The notes under the pieces were generated by a model. The model saw only the letters and a program-made list of their open reading frames with translations. It was not told where the DNA came from and ran no database searches. Made by a program: the position numbers and the translations under genes. Positions 44,821 through 48,992 of a stretch of 48,992 nucleotides of DNA are shown piece by piece. Each line of letters starts with the position of its first letter. Positions within the stretch are counted from its first letter, which is position 1. The stretch is from Spirosomataceae bacterium (GTDB taxonomy: Bacteria; Bacteroidota; Bacteroidia; Cytophagales; Spirosomataceae), in contig JAKONH010000477.1 of NCBI GenBank assembly GCA_022702045.1, positions 1-48,992 on the forward strand, given 5' to 3'.

Positions 44821-46923
44821 ATGCAACTTCTCAAAGTAGCCGCCGGTGTCCTGAATCAGATTCCACTGGCCTGGGATCATAATAAGAAAAATATCATTGA
44901 TGCCATCGTCGAAGCGCAGCGGCAGCATGTCAGCCTACTGTGTCTGCCCGAGTTGTGCATCTCCGGTTATGGTTGCGAAGACGCGTTTTATTCGCAGAAC
45001 ACCATCGATCAGGCTGTCGAATCGCTGCTGGATATCGTCAGCTATACGGCTGACATTGCTGTGGCAGTGGGGTTACCGTTACGCTACAACAACCGTACGT
45101 ACAATGTGGCCTGCCTGATCGCCAATAAGCGCATACTGGGCTTCGTCGCCAAGCAGTATCTGGCCAACAATGGTATTCACTATGAAACCCGCTGGTTTCA
45201 ACCGTGGTCGCCCTACGTACGCGACGAGATCAGGATTGGCGGTCCGTCGCACGGAGAGTTTTCTTATCCTTTCGGTGATGTCGTGTTCGATCTGTCGGGA
45301 ATCCGGATTGGGTTTGAAATCTGCGAAGACGCGTGGATTGCCAACCGACCCGGCCGGATACTATACGAACGCGGTATCGACCTGATACTGAATCCGTCAG
45401 CCAGCCATTTTGCGTTCATGAAATCGCAGACGCGCGAACGGTTTGTCGTTGATGCGTCGCGGTCGTTTGGGGTCAGTTATATCTATACCAACCTGCTGGG
45501 TAATGAAGCCGGCCGTGTGATCTACGATGGTGATGCAATGGTTGCGTCGAATGGTGAACTGCTGGTGTCGGGGGCGCGGTTAAGCTACGAAGATGTCGTG
45601 ATTGTTCCGGCCGTGGTCGACGTCGACCTGACCCGGCTTAGTCAGGTGCAGAACCGGGGAAACCTGGCGTTGGCGTACCCAAACCTGCGCGTTAGTGAAC
45701 GCTTTGACTGGCCCGAGATAGCGCCGGTGTTACAGAAGGCGGAACTCGAAGGGTGGGAGCGGGGCGGCTACCTGAAAGAAGAAGAATTTGCCCGCGCCGT
45801 AGCGCTTGGGTTGTTCGATTACCTGCGGAAGAGCCGTTCGCAGGGCTACGTCCTGTCGCTGAGTGGCGGTGCCGATTCGTCGGCCATTGCGGCTACTGTT
45901 TACCTGATGATTCGCATGGCCGTGGAGAATATCGGTATCGACGGGGTAAAGAAAAAGCTGGGTTATATCAAGTCGATTCAGGATTGCGACACGCCCGAAG
46001 CTATGCTCGGCAAACTGCTGACGGTGATGTATCAGGGTACCGCTAATTCCTCGGACGATACGTATCAGTCGGCGAAAGAGCTGGCTGAGGATATCGGTGC
46101 GACCTTCCTAAACATCGACATAGAAGGACTGGTAGAAACCTATCGCGGATTGATCGAGGGGCAGATTGGCCGTCAGCTGTCGTGGGAAACCGACGACCTG
46201 GCCCTGCAAAATATCCAGGCGCGGGTGCGGGCCCCGAGTATCTGGATGCTGGCCAATATCAACAACGCGCTGCTCCTGACTACCTCGAACCGCTCCGAAG
46301 CGGCTGTGGGCTATGCAACGATGGATGGCGACACGTCGGGTAGTATTTCGCCCATTACCGGCATCGACAAGCATTTTCTACGGGGCTGGTTACGCTGGCT
46401 CGAAACGGTTGGTCTGAATGTGAAAAACGCCCCCGAACCGACTGACCGTACCAGCCTGGCCACGGAAGACGACGTTCGGCCGAGCGAATTGATAAAAGTA
46501 AAAGGATTACACCGGGTCAATAATCTGCAACCCACCGCCGAACTGCGCCCCATTGATCGCAAGCAAACCGACGAGCAGGACCTGATGCCCTATGACGTAT
46601 TGAACTCGATCGAAGAAGCTGGTATCCGCGACAAGCAGGCCCCCGTCGACGTGTTGAAGCAGATCGAAGTGCGCTATGCCGGGCGGTACGACCGAGAGCA
46701 ACTTATGGGTTGGGTCGAACGGTTTTTCCGGCTGTGGAGTCGCAACCAGTGGAAGCGCGAACGGTATGCGCCCAGCTTCCACCTCGACGATCATAACCTC
46801 GACCCGCGTTCGTGGTGCCGCTTTCCGATCCTATCAGGTGGCTTCGAAAAAGAACTGGCCGACATGCGCGACTGGGCGTCCGAGCAAAAACCGAACAGCC
46901 GAAAAGGTAAGATCGGGTTCTAG
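44821..46923 (+). CDS. nadE: Glutamine-dependent NAD+ synthetase
   Basis: N-terminal nitrilase domain (LPEL, AK, EICED) fused to a synthetase domain (SLSGGADS, QNIQARVR, GYATMDGD, PTAEL, WKR). Confidence 0.96.
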   Translation: MQLLKVAAGVLNQIPLAWDHNKKNIIDAIVEAQRQHVSLLCLPELCISGYGCEDAFYSQNTIDQAVESLLDIVSYTADIAVAVGLPLRYNNRTYNVACLIANKRILGFVAKQYLANNGIHYETRWFQPWSPYVRDEIRIGGPSHGEFSYPFGDVVFDLSGIRIGFEICEDAWIANRPGRILYERGIDLILNPSASHFAFMKSQTRERFVVDASRSFGVSYIYTNLLGNEAGRVIYDGDAMVASNGELLVSGARLSYEDVVIVPAVVDVDLTRLSQVQNRGNLALAYPNLRVSERFDWPEIAPVLQKAELEGWERGGYLKEEEFARAVALGLFDYLRKSRSQGYVLSLSGGADSSAIAATVYLMIRMAVENIGIDGVKKKLGYIKSIQDCDTPEAMLGKLLTVMYQGTANSSDDTYQSAKELAEDIGATFLNIDIEGLVETYRGLIEGQIGRQLSWETDDLALQNIQARVRAPSIWMLANINNALLLTTSNRSEAAVGYATMDGDTSGSISPITGIDKHFLRGWLRWLETVGLNVKNAPEPTDRTSLATEDDVRPSELIKVKGLHRVNNLQPTAELRPIDRKQTDEQDLMPYDVLNSIEEAGIRDKQAPVDVLKQIEVRYAGRYDREQLMGWVERFFRLWSRNQWKRERYAPSFHLDDHNLDPRSWCRFPILSGGFEKELADMRDWASEQKPNSRKGKIGF

Positions 46924-46925
46924 CA

Positions 46926-47783
46926 ATGCGTCAACTCATTCCTGGGATTCTGTTTGCGGCTTTGTGGGCATCGGCGGCCGTTGCGACCAAGCTAGGTGTG
47001 CAGTCGGTGCCGCCACTACTGCTGGCGAACGTTCGGTTTTTTATCGCCGGTGCAGGCATGTTACTGTTTGCCTATAGCGTGCAACGGACGTCCGATGCCT
47101 GGCCACGGGGGGCTGAATGGCGTCAGCTGTTTATTTTCTCGCTGCTCAACACAACTATCTACCTGGGTTGTTTCGTCCTGGCACTCAAACAGGTGTCGGC
47201 GGGTATCGGCAGTCTGAGTACGGCGACGAATCCATTGTTTATCACACTGCTGTCGGCGATTTGGCTGCGACGACGGCCGCGTACAAACGAAGTGCTGGGA
47301 TTACTGTTGGGGTTAGCAGGCGTGGGTGTCGCCACGTATCCGCTGCTGCAAAACAGCTATGCGACTGTAGAGGGTATCCTGATCCTGCTGTTTGGCGTTG
47401 TAGCGGTATCGGCGGCTACGGTTTACTACGCGGGTATCAACTGGCGGCTGCCGAATCTGGTCATCAACGGTTGGCAGGTATTACTGGGTGGCCTGACGCT
47501 GCTACCCGTTACACTGCTTACCGCCGATTTTAGCACCGCACATTATGACCTGCGTTTCTGGGGAGCGTTGTGGTGGCTGATTCTGCCGGTGTCTGTTGGG
47601 GCGCTGCAACTCTGGTTTTTCCTGATCCGGCAGGACCCCGTTCGGGCGTCGCTGTTTTTGTACCTATGTCCCATCTTCGGCTTCGTCTACTCGTATGTGC
47701 TGCTGGACGAGCCAATTACGAGCTATACGATGATCGGAACGTTACTGGTGATCGCTGGGCTTTGGGTGGGGCGAAAAAAATAG
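46926..47783 (+). CDS. EamA/DMT family transporter
   Basis: About 10 TM segments; LWAS, RFFIAG, TNPLF and LLDEPIT. Confidence 0.9.
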   Translation: MRQLIPGILFAALWASAAVATKLGVQSVPPLLLANVRFFIAGAGMLLFAYSVQRTSDAWPRGAEWRQLFIFSLLNTTIYLGCFVLALKQVSAGIGSLSTATNPLFITLLSAIWLRRRPRTNEVLGLLLGLAGVGVATYPLLQNSYATVEGILILLFGVVAVSAATVYYAGINWRLPNLVINGWQVLLGGLTLLPVTLLTADFSTAHYDLRFWGALWWLILPVSVGALQLWFFLIRQDPVRASLFLYLCPIFGFVYSYVLLDEPITSYTMIGTLLVIAGLWVGRKK

Positions 47784-47806
47784 GAGCGGCCCGATGAGTC
47801 GCTCCT
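47782..47806. terminator. Short hairpin between convergent genes
   Basis: AGGAGCGGC-CCGATGA-GTCGCTCCT. Confidence 0.45.
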
Positions 47807-47839
47807 GATAAGCTATAAGAAAGTGTGATGCGGTACGCG

Positions 47840-48991
47840 TTATTCCTTCGTTACCGTGAATTCCACCCGCCGGTTGAGCCGACGCGTTTCTTCATGGTTG
47901 TTACTGGCGATGGGGCGGGAAGGGCCGTAGCCTTTTGCCACAATTCGGCTGGCAGCAATACCGTTGCGCACCAGATACTCTTTCACCGCTTCGACGCGCA
48001 GGCGCGATAGCTGAATGTTCTCTTCAAAACCGCCCTGGTTGTCGGTGTGCCCCGCCAGTTCGATTTCGGCTTTCGGATTACCATTCATAAATGCCAGCAA
48101 CTGGTCCAGTTCACCCTGTGAATCTGGCAACAGTTCGGGCTTACTTTGCGCAAATCGGATTGACTTTAGTTGTGTTGGTTCACCCTTCGGAGCGATCAGG
48201 AGTGGGGTCGTGTTGCTCACTTTAGCATCGAGCGTTTTGGGCGGTGCGACGCTGCTGCCGGGAGCCGACGGCGTAACAGCCGCCGGTGCAGCCGCTGCCT
48301 GCCGACGCGTAGCTGCCGTTCCCCGGCGGTTTTTAGTCGCGACTGGTGCCGAAGCGGTAACGACGGCAGCCGACTGTTCCGATGTTGCGGGTGGTGTTAC
48401 AATGGGCGTAGCCGCGGGTTTAGGGGCCGCAGTGGACGCTGCCGGAGCGGGCGTTGCTGCCACAGTAGCGACCGGTGTAGAGGCTGTTGTAGAAGCAGAT
48501 TTTGGCGTCGTTACGGTAGGTTCCGGTGTCGAATTGCCCGGTGATGCTGGTTGCGTACTAATAGGGGGTACGGGTGACGTCGACGCTGTTTGACTCGTCA
48601 GTGCTGGCGGAGCTACCGTAGCAGTCTTCCCCGCACGGTGCATCGCTATGCCATAGCCAGATAGAGAAGTTTGCTGATCTGACGTAAAGGAGAATTGTTT
48701 GGATTCGGGGTCATAACCGGACGACTTCGTGTTTAACGTGTACGTCTGATTCTTTGCTACATCTAGTCGGAACTGACCATCCGTACCGACGCGCTGTTCG
48801 ATTATTAGTTTACCCGACGGGTCCTGAACCACTACACTTGCCCCAGGAATGGGCTGTCTGGTGTCCGCATCGAATACAATGCCTGCAATCGAGGCTTTCT
48901 GATTCGCAGTCGTTTCTGACTGTGCCTGAATTTGGGTTGTTGAAAAACCTAGTATACCCAAAAGAAAAGGTACAGTAACATATGGGTGATG
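47840..48991 (-). CDS. OmpA-C family peptidoglycan-binding protein (5' truncated by window edge)
   Basis: Frame is open to the window edge upstream of TTG 48961; carboxypeptidase-regulatory-like domain, Pro/Ala/Thr/Ser linker, GHTD, LSRLRVEAV, GYG and NRRVEF. Confidence 0.9.
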   Translation of the reverse strand, partial: HHPYVTVPFLLGILGFSTTQIQAQSETTANQKASIAGIVFDADTRQPIPGASVVVQDPSGKLIIEQRVGTDGQFRLDVAKNQTYTLNTKSSGYDPESKQFSFTSDQQTSLSGYGIAMHRAGKTATVAPPALTSQTASTSPVPPISTQPASPGNSTPEPTVTTPKSASTTASTPVATVAATPAPAASTAAPKPAATPIVTPPATSEQSAAVVTASAPVATKNRRGTAATRRQAAAAPAAVTPSAPGSSVAPPKTLDAKVSNTTPLLIAPKGEPTQLKSIRFAQSKPELLPDSQGELDQLLAFMNGNPKAEIELAGHTDNQGGFEENIQLSRLRVEAVKEYLVRNGIAASRIVAKGYGPSRPIASNNHEETRRLNRRVEFTVTKE

Positions 48992-48992
48992 C

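Noticed and set aside
2-46923. pncB and nadE at opposite ends suggesting a split NAD operon around one large island
   Set aside because: No att sites, integrase or boundary repeats are seen; the shared pathway alone is not evidence.

Overview
Gene-dense chromosomal window from a Bacteroidota bacterium. The SusC/SusD pair, TAnnTTTG promoter elements and LytTR systems support the phylum; a Cytophagales (Spirosoma-like) origin is inference. It runs from the 3' end of a probable nicotinate phosphoribosyltransferase to a truncated OmpA-family gene. The main theme of the first 22 kb is a fragmented organophosphorus/phosphonate utilisation system: an alkaline-phosphatase-family enzyme, a phosphonatase-like HAD hydrolase with an FAD amine oxidoreductase, and an operon of SusC, SusD, AP-family enzyme, Tat metallophosphoesterase, PhnZ-like HD oxygenase and an MFS-like membrane protein. 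Interleaved are two LytTR two-component systems with 21-bp-period direct repeats, an amidohydrolase, and MarR plus MFS. There is also an uncharacterised membrane-anchored HTH-like protein divergent from a secreted protein, with 11-bp-period repeats between them. Further right are an MNT-HEPN toxin-antitoxin pair with a doubly broken HEPN gene, a methyltransferase, IorAB-type molybdoenzyme genes, a TonB-dependent receptor, a lone polynucleotide-kinase-like P-loop protein, phospholipase C, an M61 peptidase, GH18, two GH127/GH146-like enzymes, nadE and an EamA transporter. Several families of REP-like palindromes occupy the spacers. I saw no rRNA, tRNA, CRISPR array, transposase or integrase. All family calls come from motif recognition by eye, not database searches.
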